From the NCBI GenBank assembly GCA_964016885.1, contig OZ024740.1:100130001-100194000 (forward strand): a stretch of 64,000 nucleotides of DNA. The letters are read 5' to 3'. Below the pieces are notes generated by a model. That model had not been told where the DNA came from. It ran no database searches and was given only the letters and a program-made list of their open reading frames with translations. Made by a program: the position numbers and the translations under genes. The DNA is from Eledone cirrhosa. Taxonomy: Eukaryota. Shown here one piece after another: positions 12,501 to 26,332 of the stretch. Every line of letters begins with the position of its first letter. The first letter of the stretch is position 1.

Positions 12501-13254
12501 TTTGACTATGCATTTGATTGACTGAATATGTATGTGCATTCTGTAATACTTTTCACACAATCGATGTATATATGGCTCCAAATGGAATGTCATTCACTTG
12601 CTCAACAGCAAAGACAATTTCCTCATTGTCATTGCATCAAAATGAGAATAACACTCATTACGACTTCAATATGCGGCAAATGCTTCACCTTCAAAAGAAG
12701 GATGAATTCAAGAAGAAGAAACTAAGAATGAGTCCCTTAAAGTTAATTTACATGCTTAGGAGAAAAACTAATCTTTGATAGCACTGAAGTGTCATCTATG
12801 AATATGTGTTTCTATATTAGACCTCATCAACCAAAGATATTCTACTGAAGTCTGAACAGTTCACAAAAAGTTTTACTTATAGAAAGAGTTATGAATAATT
12901 TTTCATTAGAAAAATTTGCTTCCTCGTCATCATTTAACAACCATTTTCCCATACTAGCATGGGTTAGACGGGTCATCACAGGTCATGTCAGTATTTAATT
13001 GGAGCTACTGATCTCTCAGATAAACATAACCTTACATAAAGCCAGTATAACTTACATAATTAAAAAATAAAATTGGCTAAAAGAAATCATTCAAATAATT
13101 CAAAGTTGTGAGTAACAGGATATATTTTGAATGAATATTTCCTTGCAGCAGCAGTAGCAATAGTAGTAGTAGTGGCTGTGGTAGTGGTAGTATCAATTGT
13201 AGCAGATCTTAAAATAGGACTGTAGATTCCTTCAAGTGAGGAGGGGAATATTGA

Positions 13255-14092
13255 TTAACCCTTTAGCATTTAAACTGGCCATATCCGACCAGAATTCTCT
13301 CACCCCGTTCAAACTGGTCGTAACTGACCACTCATACCGACGTTAAGGTAATGTTCTCAGAATAAATAATATCAAATTCTCATAGATTCAATATTATGTG
13401 AGATAAATAAGTGAAATGCAGTATTTTCTGTGAAAATACGATAGTATATATAGAGTAATGTGAATGCCCATTGCATTATTTGTACTTTATTTTATCGACC
13501 CCGTAAGGATGAATGGCAAAGCTAACCTCAGCAGGAATTGAACTCAGAATGTAAAAGGATGTAACTATATGCTGCAAAGCATGTTGTCTGATGCTTTATC
13601 AATACTATCAATCTATCACTGCTAATAATAATCAATCACAATAGATAGTAGTTGAGAAAATGAGGTAAAGTTCTCCTGGAGACAGTAGATTGTGTCTTCT
13701 TTTTTCCAATTCCATGGCTACCTTACCTTATTTTCTCTATTATTTTATATAATGGTCAATTATTATTGATATTGTCGTTTATGTTAGTGAGCACATATTT
13801 TAAAATGGTGTTAATATTGTATACTATCATTTTAGATTGAAAACCTTGAATTGGCTTTGAAATCTCCCCTACTTCTATGTTATAAAACTGTTTTAAAGTG
13901 TTTATATTTATCTAAACTAAAATCCTTCAGTCATAATTTCATGTAAGCACTTTTGTTAAGTTATGTTCCAAACAACAGCTTAATATTCAGCAAGATAGTT
14001 ATATAAGTAAATCTCTCTGAATTGGTGATTTTTTTTATTTGAAAAATGATAGTCAACGTCTCCCATGAAAAATCTGATTACAAAAGTGTTAA
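13255..14092. mobile_element. TTAA-flanked non-autonomous DNA transposon (piggyBac-type) with nested SINE A at ~13470-13620
   Basis: Starts TTAA-CCCTTTAG and ends CAAAAGTG-TTAA (degenerate AAAGGG-TTAA); a related internal fragment lies at ~16800-16905. Confidence 0.45.
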
Positions 14093-14125
14093 TGCATTCA
14101 GAATTTGATTATTTATTTATTCCTA

Positions 14126-14318
14126 GTGGCAGTGGATTGGCAGTATTGGTAGAGGGTTGGACACGCTGCTTTGACGCATAGAGTTACGGCCCTTGCCATT
14201 CTGAGTTCAAATCCCGCCGAGGTTAACTTTGCCTTTCATCCTTACGGGGTCGATAAAATAAAGTACCAGTAATACACTGGTGAATTGCTGGCCTTGTGCC
14301 TAACGTAGAAACAATTAT
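14126..14318 (+). mobile_element. SINE family A, full length with TSD
   Basis: TSD-like TTATTTATTTATTCCTA on both sides. Confidence 0.9.
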
Positions 14319-15300
14319 TTATTTATTCCTAATTGGTGAATATTCACATCATTAGTTATCAATCTACAAAATTCTGTTCACAAGGCATTGGTCAATAAAG
14401 TGTTGTGGTAAAAGACATTTGTTCAAGATGAAGTGCAGTAAGACTGTAACCCCAAACATGTTACTGCAATTCAAACTCCTTAACTACCCATCCATCATGG
14501 AATTATTTCTTAAACATCAAATCAATGTAAGATACCTTGATATGTCAGTCATTAGTGTATATACACATTAATTTAGCCAAGGTTATGTCCACATTTATAC
14601 CTCCAGTGGTACTTTATTCAATTTCTCAACTGTTATTTATATCTAGCTGGCCTCATGCTGTTAAAAATGATGACTAATAATTGTTTCTACTTTTGGCACA
14701 AGGCCAGCAATTATCCCAGTTCATTACTGGTGCTTTATTTTATCGACCCTCTAAGGATGAAAGGCCAAGTTATCCTCGGCAGGATTTGACTAATAATATC
14801 TATACATAATATAAAAAAGAGCTGGTTGCTTGGTTAGTTGGTACATTCACACTCACACACACAAGTGATACAAACAAACAAACACACAGCCAATGTGTGT
14901 AAACAATTCGCTACAGATATATACACACACAAGTGTGACGAATCTTAGAATGCTGGACTTCTATAGTTTCTCAACGCCCCCTCCTTCGTCAGTCATCACA
15001 TAGATGTGTATGTATATAATAATTATATTTTCTAAGTGTGCCTGTTTATATATATATATGTATGTGTAGATGTGTGTGTGTTTGTAATTTTATTGTGTAT
15101 ATAACTTTCTAAATAAACATACACAAACACATATACACTCACACAAATATTATATAATTTACACAAACACACATATACTCACACAAACACTCACACAATC
15201 ATAAAACCCAATGTGTGTAACCAATTCGCTATAAATATACACACACAGGTGTAGCAAATGTTAGACACTGCTTTCTGTAGTTTGTCATCACTCTTTCTTT

Positions 15301-15406
15301 CCTCAGTCATCTTTAGTGCATAACTTCATCACTTCTTCCTTCCTCAGTCATCTCTAGTGCATGACTTCATCACTTCTTCCTTCCTCAGTCATCTCTAGTG
15401 CATGAC
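15301..15406. repeat. 41-bp tandem repeat (~2.6 copies)
   Basis: Unit CCTCAGTCATCTCTAGTGCATGACTTCATCACTTCTTCCTT starting at 15301, 15342 and 15383. Confidence 0.9.
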
Positions 15407-18400
15407 AGAAAAATGCACATTGGGTATTATTATAGTTGATATTGACTTTTATCATTATGTTCATTTGCATTGGGATTCACATATTACATAATCAAAATTT
15501 TCCCAATGCTACTTAAGTCAACCCTTGTGCATTTATTTATGGGTTTTAATCTGTCTTTTTACACTAAGTAATTGGCCAATCATATAATAGAGATAAAAAT
15601 ATGACACTCCAGTACCTAATTTGATAAAGACGGATTAGTAGCGACTCTGCTATATAATTGGTAATACTGTAACTTAGTAAGTGGTAAATGTATACTTCAA
15701 ATCCACTGTCATATTATCTCTCAAGTTGATAGGCTCATCAGGTAAGAGTTTATCCCAGTTTCATTTGTGTTAAGTTACTGAGAGTACATGTCATTAGACC
15801 ATTACATGGTTATCCTACAGATGTTGCTGCTGGTACTCAAGTCACAGTGCTCTAGTTCAGGAATCAAAGCATATGGACCTTAAAATTTTGACTTCAACAT
15901 CCTGACCACTAGGTTGTGTGTCTTCATAGTACTCTCAGTAGGTTTATTTTTTCTATCTCAAATTGGCACATATAATGTCCAATAATACTTTATGTCAAAA
16001 CTCCTAGCAGTTAATTCATCCAAAAAATAATTGATATATTAATTAAACATATGTATTCATTATGTATGCATTCGGATGGCTGAGTTGATATGATTGCATT
16101 TATTGCTTATTAAGGAGGAAAGGCAACGTACATGAACATTTATTTTCTCAGTGCCTCAGAGTAGGGAGAGAAGAAGCTATCCTTGAACTGGTTAGTTGGC
16201 ACAGAGTGGGGTCTAATATAGACACTTAATGGAGGGTGTTAAGTCAGGTACCAAATTAAATCTACCTCCCACATATGGCATAAGAGGATTTCAACTCAGG
16301 ATGTAAAGAGCCAGAACAAATTGTAATGACACTGCTAATTCACCAAATATGGGAATTCATATCCTATCACTGCCATCAAGAGGGTTTTGAGTTTGGTCTA
16401 AATGTGTGACATCTTGGGCAGGTGTCTTTCACAGTAGCCTCATATCATCCCAGACTTATGAGTGAAATTTGGGTGAGGAAAATTGTTTGGAAACCCATCA
16501 GATGGATTGTATAGGTAATTCAAAAGTTTTGCATTGTTACACACAATTTCATGCTAAAATACTTTAAATATTAGATTAAGGGTATATGTATTTGTGGAAT
16601 ATTAAACTTACATATTAATTTTATGGCTAACAACTGAAATGCTCACTGTTGATTCTGATAGAAACTCATTTTTTATTGCTGTTGTTATAAAATAAAAAAT
16701 AACATCTCGTATCCCAATTGCTGTTGGATGTCAAATGTGTCAGCTGTTATGTTTTATAAATTGATTATCAAGATTTTAACTCTTTTCATAAAAACATGAA
16801 ACATGAAACTTCCAATTCTAAAGTATCTATATCTAAATTAAAATCTTCCATTCTTTTTCATAACATTTTCTTAAATTATGTTCTAGTTAATAGCTTAATA
16901 ATGAGAAATTTAATCGTTCTGTTAAGTACCTCTGTTAATAGGCAGGAATTGACAAGTATATAAACAATATATTTCATTAGAAATACAATCATAATGAGTT
17001 ACTGTAATGATGATACTTTTTATGTAAACATCCAACTTATGTAATTAATCAACTTCATAAGGTCATCCGGTGAGTAACAACTACATAGATTATGTCTCAT
17101 CATTACACAAGTGTTATTTCAAACTGGTATTTGTAATGTGTGCTATTATTTTATGTTTGTCTAGAATTCTTTCAAAAGTTATAAATTATTTTCAAATGTT
17201 TATAGAGACATTTTTTTCCTGATCAAGGCATTTTCTCTTGGGTCCTGACAGTAGCCATAATCTAGTGTGTGTATATCTATTAACCATTTGTGTACTGACT
17301 CACTGACCACGTGTGTGGGCTACAGACGTATTTATCTATATGAATATCACTGAAAGAAATGATGTTCATCAATTAAACCTGAAAAGAAGATTATAAATAT
17401 TCATACATGAGAAAAATTGACAATGTCTTATCAAAGAACTCAGGCTACAACAATGATGTAAAATGATTACTTATTTATACAGAAAACAGTGTAAATAGCA
17501 CCAGTACAGTCATGTGTAGCAGAAGAGAATACTGGGCTGGTGGGATATAGTCAAACATCATCGGAACTCAAATAACTGGCTGGTAAATTTAAGGCATTAA
17601 GATGAGTGAGATATTGAAACTTAGACATTAGAGCTCATTAGAAATTAAGGCTGTATTGTGGTTTAATTGTTAGATGTTGTTGTTGTTTATATAGGGGGTG
17701 AATTATTAGAATGTCGGATAAAATGCTTTGCAATATTCATTTCGGTTCTCTGATCACTGAGTTTAAATCCCACCATGGTCAACTTTGCCTTTCATCCATT
17801 CAAGGTCGATAAAAAATATCAGTCTAGTACCATGGTCAATTTTTCTTCTATATCTCTTTCTTAATTCCATTCTCTCACTCTCTTTCTCTCTTTCTCTGGA
17901 AGAAATCTGCTGTGTTCAAAACTGGAGAGGATTGGGCTGTGGCAGGTTTTAAAATGCCATAGAAATGCTATATGTCAATACAACAACCCTATGACTCCTG
18001 CAGAAGTTATAGGACCATGCATACAGTTCATTGATATTACTTGGAATCATTTCTGTCATGAAGAAGTTGATCTATGGTCAAAGCCATCCCATCTTTCTTT
18101 CAATCACAGTATATCCTAGACTGCATTTTCCACAGAAAAGTTTCCTTTTACTTAAGACAGTAGGATGTGAGTTGAGGGTGAATTGGCTGCTATTTCTAGT
18201 AAATTGATCAACCACAGAGAAACTCCATTGTATTGAATGTGACATATGTAACATTGGTTACTTGATTATATAACTATTTGACAAAAAATAGTTCACCACT
18301 ACTTGATTGACAGCTCAAGGTTTAGTTATATCCTAAAGTAGTGCTGTACAGCTGTTAAAAATAAAAATGAAAATGAATTACATTTAACTATATGCAAGTG

Positions 18401-18758
18401 TTCAAATGAGCAAAAAGAAAAACGATTGCAACAAGAAAGCATTCTATCCACTGTAACAGGAGAACGTGAATAAAGAAAATAAATACAGAAATAAATATAA
18501 AGTAGTTAAAATGAAATTGTCAATTAGGATGATTTTAATGCCATATGAGATCAAACTTAATAACACAAGGGATAAAAATGCATGCTTTTAATAATGCAAA
18601 GGATCAAATAAAAAGCACTCAAGACTGAATAGAATAATATTTCATTGAAAGAACTTCTTATAGGGTGGAAGCTTTTGCAGATCATGTGCAATAGTTCTCA
18701 TTATTTCACATGGGCCATTAAGACATCAGCTGTAAAATTAACCTACTTTTAGAAGTTT

Positions 18759-18817
<59 letters not shown>

Positions 18818-18967
18818 AGAGAGTTTTGCAGCTGTTTGGTTCTGAGTCAAATTCTACTGATGTGAGGTAACTTGCGAAGCTGTCTCGGGCTGGCTAATGC
18901 CTTGTGAGTTAAGTTTGGAAGACAGAAACAGCAGAAACCCACTGTTGGGTTTAGCACAAGAATTTAG

Positions 18968-19115
18968 GAAGGACTGAGGCTCCTGGAATTCTGTGATGCC
19001 AAAGAAATGACTATCTGCAATACAAACTTTAAGAAACCACCAAATCAACTGATCACTTATAGCTCAGGGGAATGCACCAGCCAAATTGACTATATTCTCA
19101 CCAGAAGACAAAACA
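18968..19115 (+). pseudogene. RTE endonuclease fragment
   Basis: EGLRLLEFCDAKEMTICNTNFKKPPNQLITYSSGECTSQIDYIL, homologous to the adjacent minus-strand RTE ORF. Confidence 0.8.
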
Positions 19116-19123
19116 GTAATGGT

Positions 19124-22100
19124 TCATCATCATCATCATCACCGTTTTACGTCCGTTCTTCCACGCTAGCATGGGTTAGACGGGTTGTCCTGTTGTGGGC
19201 AGTGTCTGGTCGGCTGACCATGCCTTGCTCATACAGGAACTGATCTGGCTTGATTTCTACAGCTGGATGCCCTTCCTAACACCAACCTCATTTACAGTGA
19301 GTGCTGGGTGCTTTTTCGTGGCGCCTACACGTCCACTTTACAGTGTGGGCTGGGTGCTTTTTTGCCGTGGCACCTCCACGACCACCTTGCGGTGGGGGGA
19401 GTGGGGGCATATTGTTTATATGCTTCAGCATGTACCCATGGGAGGTCGGGTACCCTGTATTACTGCGTGACGCCAGAAGTCACGGTCGTGTGTCATTGAC
19501 TTTGAGAGGTGTAGTTGGGTAAGGTCGGCTTTTATCACCTTATCCCAAGTCATCTTGGGTCTCCCCACTCCGCGGTTTCCATCAACTTCTAGTGCTCTGC
19601 ACCTTTTTATGCAGCTGTCATCCTTCATACGCATCACATGTCCATACCAGCGTAACCGCCTCTCCTGCACGCAGCATTTGATTCCTCTTATGCTCAGTCT
19701 CTCTCTCAATTCCTTTATGCTTTGTCGTTCACGTATATTACTGTTACACATACATCAGAGCATGCAGGCTTCGTTTCTCTCTAATCTACGTAAGTCTTCC
19801 ACCTTCAGCGCCCAGGTTTCACTACCATGCAACATCGCTGTTCGGATACACGCATCATACAGTCTGCCTTTCATTCTGAGGGAGAAGCCTTTTGCAGCTA
19901 GCAGTGGTAGTAGTTCCCTAAACTTCTTCCATCCCGTTCTTACCCTAGTTATTGTACTTTCTGAGCACCCACCTCCGTTGCTAATTCGGTCACCTAGGTA
20001 GCAGAAGCTGTCTACTGTTTCTACAGGGCCCTCCCAGAGATTGGTGGTACTTGTTTCCTGTGGCTGTTTGCTTGCTGTTTCAGCACAGCTGCTGCATGTG
20101 AATCCTACATTCTTAATTAAGCTTCCTGAGATCCCGCTACATCTCTTGTGTACCCATTGTTTGCATTTGGGGCAGAGAATGGAGTTCCTACCTACACCTT
20201 TCCTACATACTGAGCAAGGCCATTTCCCTGAGGGGATCTGGGTTCTGTTTTCTCGTCTACTTACAAGGACCTTAGTCTTTGTCATGTTGACTTTGAGGCC
20301 CTTTCTCTCTAGTCCCTGCTTCCAGGTTTGGAATTTATTCTCTAGTTCTACCATAGATTCAGCTATGAGTGCGAGGTCATCAGCATACAGGAGTTCCCAT
20401 GGGCATCCGGTCTTAAACTCCTCCGTTATTGCCTGCAGGACTATGATGAACAGGAGAGGGCTAAGAACAGAGCCCTGGTGGACCCCAACCTGTACGCTAA
20501 ATTCTTCGCTATACTCATTGCTAATCCTAACTTTGCTGACTGCTCCCCTATACATGGCTTGTACCGCTTTCACAAGCCATTCATCTACTCCTAGTTTTCT
20601 AAGAGCCCACCAGATTACTGCACGTGGAACTCTGTCAAAGGCTTTCTCAAGGTCGACAAATGCCAAGTAGAGTGGCTTACTTTTAGCTAGGTACTTTTCC
20701 TGTAATTGCCTCACAAGGAAGAGGGCATCAGTGGTGCCTTTCCCTGGTACAAACCCAAATTGCATCTCGTCTATATTCACCCGGTCCCTAATCAGCTGTG
20801 CTATAACTCTTTCTGTTACTTTCATGACCTGGTCCATCAACTTTATACCTCTATAGTTTCCTCTATCTAGTGCATCGCCTTTACCTTTGTAGCAGTTGAC
20901 AATGATGCTACTGCACCAATCTTTTGGTATGGCCCCTTCTAGTATTACCTGGTTAACGATACGTGTGGTTATAGTGTGACCTACAGACCCAGATGCCTTC
21001 AGCATCTCGGCAGCTATACCCGATGGACCGGTTGCCTTCCCTATCTTCATATCTCTGATTGCCTTACTTACTACGCTGCCGCTGACTTGTACTGCTGGTC
21101 CCTCTATAGGGTCTACGTGGGGTAGGGTCTCTTCTTCCCATGCATTCTCCTCATTTAGTAATCTATCATAATGACTCTTCCATGCATCTTTCTTCTCAGC
21201 ACTTGTGAGGGCAAGCTCACCTTTATCATTCCGGATACACTTCTCTCCAATGACATCACAACTATCTCTGACACACTGCCACGCAATCTTGAATACCTCC
21301 TGTTTCTGGTCCTCACGTTGTAAAACATGCTTGAATTTTCTATCCTCTGCTTCCCTCCTAGCTAAGTATACTTGTCGCCTAGCTTCCCTCTTGGTCTCTA
21401 TGTAATGTACCCTGCTCCCCCCGTTCTTCCATTCTTTCCATGCCTGTCTCTTGGCCTTGACTGCTTCATCTACCTTATTGTTCCACCACCAAGTCACTCT
21501 CCTCCTGCTTGAGGTCTTACTCCAGCCACAAACCTCATCCGTCGCCTCTAGTAAGTTATTTTTTAGGAACTCCCAGTTCTCTTCTACGTTAAATGTCTCT
21601 ATCTGTTCTTCTTTACTGTCGTAGGCGTTGAGTAAAATATCTTTAAGTCTGTTACTGGTTGAGGGGACTTTCAGCTTCCAGATCTTTCTTCTCCAGGTTG
21701 GCCTCTGTTTCCGGGTTCGTCTAGTTCTGACCGTGAGGTCGCTGACAACTAAGCTATGTTGGGATGTACATTCCTCACTAGGGAAGGCTTTTGTGTTTAC
21801 GACCGTCCATCTGTCATGTCCTCTGATGAGGATAAAATCTAACTGACTAGAGTGCTCCCCTGATCTATAGGTGATCAGGTGGTTGTCGGGTTTTTTAAAG
21901 TTTGTGTTACATATCGACATGTCATTGGCGTCGCAGAATTCTAGAAGTCTGAATCCTTCCTCCTTCCTTGTGCCAACTCCATGGCCTCCATGTACTCTAT
22001 TGAAGCCATTGCAGTGTTTACCTACGTGTCCGTTAAAATCTCCTGCAATGATTGGGAAGTCCTTGTCGTCTGTTAGAGCAGTAGTGTGTATTAGGGACTC

Positions 22101-22544
22101 GTAAAACCTATCCTTAAGTTCGTCTGGCAGCCCCGATTGGGGTGCGTAAGCTGATATTATTGTGGTAATTGTCTTATTTAGGACTAGTCTGAGTTTAATG
22201 ATTCTTGCATTTACCCTGTCCACTGAGATTACTTTATCTACCCACTTGTCAGCTAATAGTATACCTACACCACCCATCCCATCGTCATTTCCCACCCAGA
22301 AAAATTTGTAGCACTGGCTTTTTCCTACAAGGACTCTAGCAAACCCTCCTCTCCATCTAGTCTCTTGCACACAGCATACATCAACTTCCTCTCGCTCTAG
22401 CATTTCTACGATTTCTCCTACTCTTCCTTTCATTGAGCCTACATTGATGGTACCAACTCGGAGTTTTGGGCATTTGTCGACACTCGTACGGGAGGGTCTC
22501 TGGGTTGGCGCTTCACGTGGGTGCTTGGTAGCTCGCAGTTTCAT
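19124..22544 (-). mobile_element. Near-full-length RTE-clade LINE
   Basis: Single ORF with APE and RT; 3' UTR with repeated module; terminal AACCCATGCTAGCGTGGAAGAACGGACGTAAAACG-(GAT)n; no TSD found. Confidence 0.95.
19425..22544 (-). pseudogene. RTE ORF (APE endonuclease - RT - PHD-like finger - C-terminal domain), ~1039 codons with one in-frame stop
   Basis: VQETRW, GDFNGH and SQH (APE); FVDLEKAFD, HQGSVLSP and LYADD (RT); CSVC..CPKC..HKRC..CSSC; TGA at 19755-57 is followed in frame by the 19425-19751 ORF. Confidence 0.92.
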
Positions 22545-23269
22545 ATTTCATCCACAAAAAGCACCCTGGATAAGTAAATGTGGTTGCAGCTCCCAAAATG
22601 GTTCCACTGTGAGCAGAGAATAGTTTGGCCAACTGGCCCTTCTCATAATAGTGTCATCCAATTTCACACTGTAAATGTGTTTGATTTTAGGAAGAGTATC
22701 CAGCTCTAAAAATCCTGGCCAAATTTACAGTTCCGTCTGAGCAAGGAATGGCACAGCCAATCTATTTATTTTATCACACACACATCATACCAGCAGAAAG
22801 ATTTATGTGTAGGAAGTAGAGACAGATACCTCCATGAATGTGGTTGTGATGGTGGCATTGGTATAGAAGGGTGATGCAGCTGCAGTAGTGAATTTTTGTG
22901 AAGAGGAGGTGGGAGAAATGGAAGGAGTATTGGATGCAAATAGGGGGATGTGGATGGATGAAGCATCGTTTGAGTTTCATAATGAGCTGCCAGGGAAAAA
23001 TGTTAAGATTGGGCATGATTGAGGAGTGTGACTATGAAGAGGGTGGGGAAATGATAGGAGGAGGCTAGGGATGGAAGTGAGAAAGAGGCACGAGGTGGTG
23101 AAAGGAAGGAGGAAATAAAGAGGGATGAAGGGTGAAGTAAAGATAAGAGAATAGAACAGAATGTAACAGTATGAGAAGAGAAAATTTAAGGAGATTGAAA
23201 GTGAGTCATGGTGACTGAAAGTGAGTCATAGTGACTGAGAATACAAGACACCCCCGTGGATGGAAGACC

Positions 23270-23440
23270 AGTTCATCACAGGGTTAAATACCGATCCATT
23301 GCTGGTACTCATTTTCAGCTGAATTTACTGGAGCAATGAGAAATGTAGTATTTTGCTCAAGAACTCAACACATTACCCAGTCCAGGCATCAGACCCATTA
23401 CATTATTAGCATAAGTCGAACACCCTTACCATCATGCTAT
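23270..23440 (-). mobile_element. Diverged tRNA/CORE-like SINE
   Basis: Reverse complement gives GGCACATAGCATGATGGTAAGG...GTTCTTGAGCAAAATACT...TTGCTCCAGTAAATTCAGCTGAAAATGAGTACC. Confidence 0.6.
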
Positions 23441-24034
23441 GTGCCTTTATGCATACATATATATACACACAACGACACACGCACACACAACAACACATAC
23501 ACACACACGCACACTCACACATATGCGCGCGCGCACACACACACACACACATATATATATAAGATTTTATATATTTGTGTGTGCATGTATCTGTGTTTGT
23601 GTTTATGTTGATTGTGTATTTATTTCCCATAACCCTGAGATTTGAGAAATTGAGATCAACAAAAACAAATATGCCAGATTGGATTAATAAATACTAGTCT
23701 CAATATGATTAGCTAGATCCTTTGAAGATGGTGCCCCAGCATGGCTTCTGTATAATTACTGAAACCAGTGAAATAAAAAACAAGAAAAGAATAAAACTAT
23801 ATGGTGGAAACTTTACAGATCATGCTCACCGATTGTCATAAATTCATATATATATAAGGCTTCATACGGCTTTCATCAACAAATTTCACACATATGGCAT
23901 TAATTGCCCCAAGGTTACGTCGAAGAGGCTTGTACAAGTGGGATGGAATCTTAGATTGCATGGTTTCAAAGCAAATTTCTTAACCCCCACAACCATGTCT
24001 AAACTTCACAACTATATATATATACATATAAGAT

Positions 24035-26300
24035 AGAGGTAGATGGAGTTAGTAATAGAATAATTAAGCTTAGATTAGTTGTAGGCAAGAGACTACCAAC
24101 AATTATCTCTGCCTATGCTCCCCAGGCAGGCCTAGGTAAAGAAGAGAAAGACTGCTTTTATGAGCAACTTTTACAAACCGCCACAATGACAGAGGATGGA
24201 GACATCGTTATGCTAGCAGGGGACTTCAATGGCCATGTTGGACAGCTCCAGGATGGTTTCACTGGGGTACATGGTAGGCACGGTTACGGCTCAAGAAATG
24301 AAGAAGGAGAGAGGCTTCTTGAATTTTGTGATGCAAGTGCACTAACCATGTGCAACACTAACTTCCAGAAACCTACCAATCACCTAATAACTTACAAATC
24401 AGGCGAGCACATAAGCCAGATTCACACAGGGAGAACAGAGACGTGCTGTGTTGCGTATTGCAAGGCAGTGTGTCAGTGTAAATCAGGATGTTGTTGGAGA
24501 TAAGTGTGTCCGGAATGATGCTGGTTACTTAGTGTCACAAATGATCAGAAAAAGGAGGCCTGGAAATGTCATTATGAGAGACTGATGAATGAGGAGAATG
24601 AATGGGAGAGAGAGAAATTACCACCAGTAGATCAGACAGATAGACCAGCTATTGCGATTGACGAATATAGGGTCCAAGAGGCGATTAAGGAAATGAAAAA
24701 TGGTAAGGCCGCTAAACCGTCGAGGATAGTTGCTGAGATGCTGAAGGCATCAGGGGATGCAGGCACTAAACTGGTTGCACGCATCATCAATCAAGCTATA
24801 TATGGTGGTGTCATACCCAAAGAGTGGTCCAGCAGTATTCTAATAAATTGCTTCAAAGGTAAAGGGGATGCTCTGAAGAGGAGCAATTATAGTGGCATAA
24901 AACTGATGGATCAGGTTATGAAAGTGGCAGAAAGTATATTAGCGCAACTAATTAGAGAAAGGGTCAAACTAGATGAGATACAGTTTTGTTTTGTACCTGG
25001 GAAAAGTACAACAGATGCCCTCTTCTTAGTGATGCCCACTTCTACATGAAAGGTTCTTAGAAAAGAATAATCCACTATAGTTAGATTTTGGTGACTTAGA
25101 GAAGAAGGCCTTTGATAGGGTACCCCGATCTGTCATCTGGTGGTCCCTAAGGAAACTTGGTGTTGAGGAATCGATTGTGAGGACAGTGCAAGTTTTGTAC
25201 AGAGGTGTTGTCAGTAAAGTGAGGGTAGGAATGGAGTTTAGTGAGGAATTCCAGATACAAGTAGGAGTACATCAGGGTTTAGTCCTCAGCCTGCTCTTGT
25301 TCATTATAGTCCTCGAAGCCATAACAGAGGTGTTTAATACTGGCTGCCCATGGGAACTTCTCTATGCTGACGATCTGGTTCTTATAGCAGAATCAGTAGA
25401 GGATCTAGAGAATAAATTCTGTCTATGGAAACAGTAGAAAATGGATAAGTAGAAAAGAGGACAAATCTCTGATTCCATCAGAAAAGTGGCCATGTTTGAT
25501 ATGCAGAAAAGGAACTGGCATAAATTCTATAGAATGTACACAATGCAGATCTTGGGTACACAAGAGATGTAGTGGGATAGCAGGAAAGCTAACAGGTAGG
25601 GAAAAATTATGTATGCAGTAGATGTCCAGGTAAATTTCACAGTAGAAGTCACATTAATAGACACATTTTTCAAATGCAGGTAGGTTCTATAGAAGTGGTT
25701 GATAGCTTCGGGTATCTAGGTGACCAGAGTAGCAAGAGAGGGGTTGTTCCAAGGCCATAGAATCTAGAATAAGGACGGGTTGGAAGAAGTTTAGGGAGCT
25801 GCTTCCTCTGCTGACGAAGAAGGGTTTCTCTCTGCATATGAAAGGCCGGTTATATGATGCCTGTGTGAGGTGTGCGATGCTGCATGGTAGTGAGATATGG
25901 GCAGCAATTGCAGAGGATATGCGATGGCTGGAGAGAAATGAAGCAAGCATGCTCCGTTGGATGTGCAATGTTAATGCACATGCATGACCAAGCATGGATG
26001 TGATGAGAGAGAAATTGTGTTTAAGAGAGAAGACTGTGATGGTATGGGCATGTAATGCACATGGCGGATGACCACTGAGTGAAGAAGTGCCAAGAAATGC
26101 CAGTAGAAGGAAGACGCAGTAGAGGAAGACCACAAAAAACATGGATGGAGGTGGTGAGAGCAGACATCAGATCGCTGAAGCTCATGGAGGAGATGACGAA
26201 GGACCATGACAAGTGGAGAGATGCTGTGCTGAATAGGACCCGTCCCACCCTTGCAAGCAGGGAAAAGCAGACAAAAAATGATGATCATAATAATGATGTG
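24035..26300 (+). mobile_element. Decayed RTE LINE (second lineage), 5'-truncated with an internal deletion near 24420
   Basis: ORF fragments GDFNGH, FKGKGDAL, HQGLVLS, LYADD, WVHKRC, GRPQKTW; ends GTCCCACCCTTGCAAGCAGGGAAAAGCAGAC-AATGATGAT. Confidence 0.9.
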
Positions 26301-26332
26301 AGAAAAACCACAGACCCTCCACCTCAACTCTA

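Noticed and set aside
14945-15000. Hammerhead-like CTGACGA...GAAA on the minus strand
   Set aside because: No stem II or stem I pairing, and the homologous copy at ~15260-15310 does not keep the core
16980-17075. Exon ending at the strong donor CCG|GTGAGT
   Set aside because: All three frames from the nearest acceptor contain stops
19555-22104. Plus-strand ORFs up to 209 aa, and similar ORFs across 36-51 kb
   Set aside because: Antisense shadows of the RTE and Tx1 coding frames
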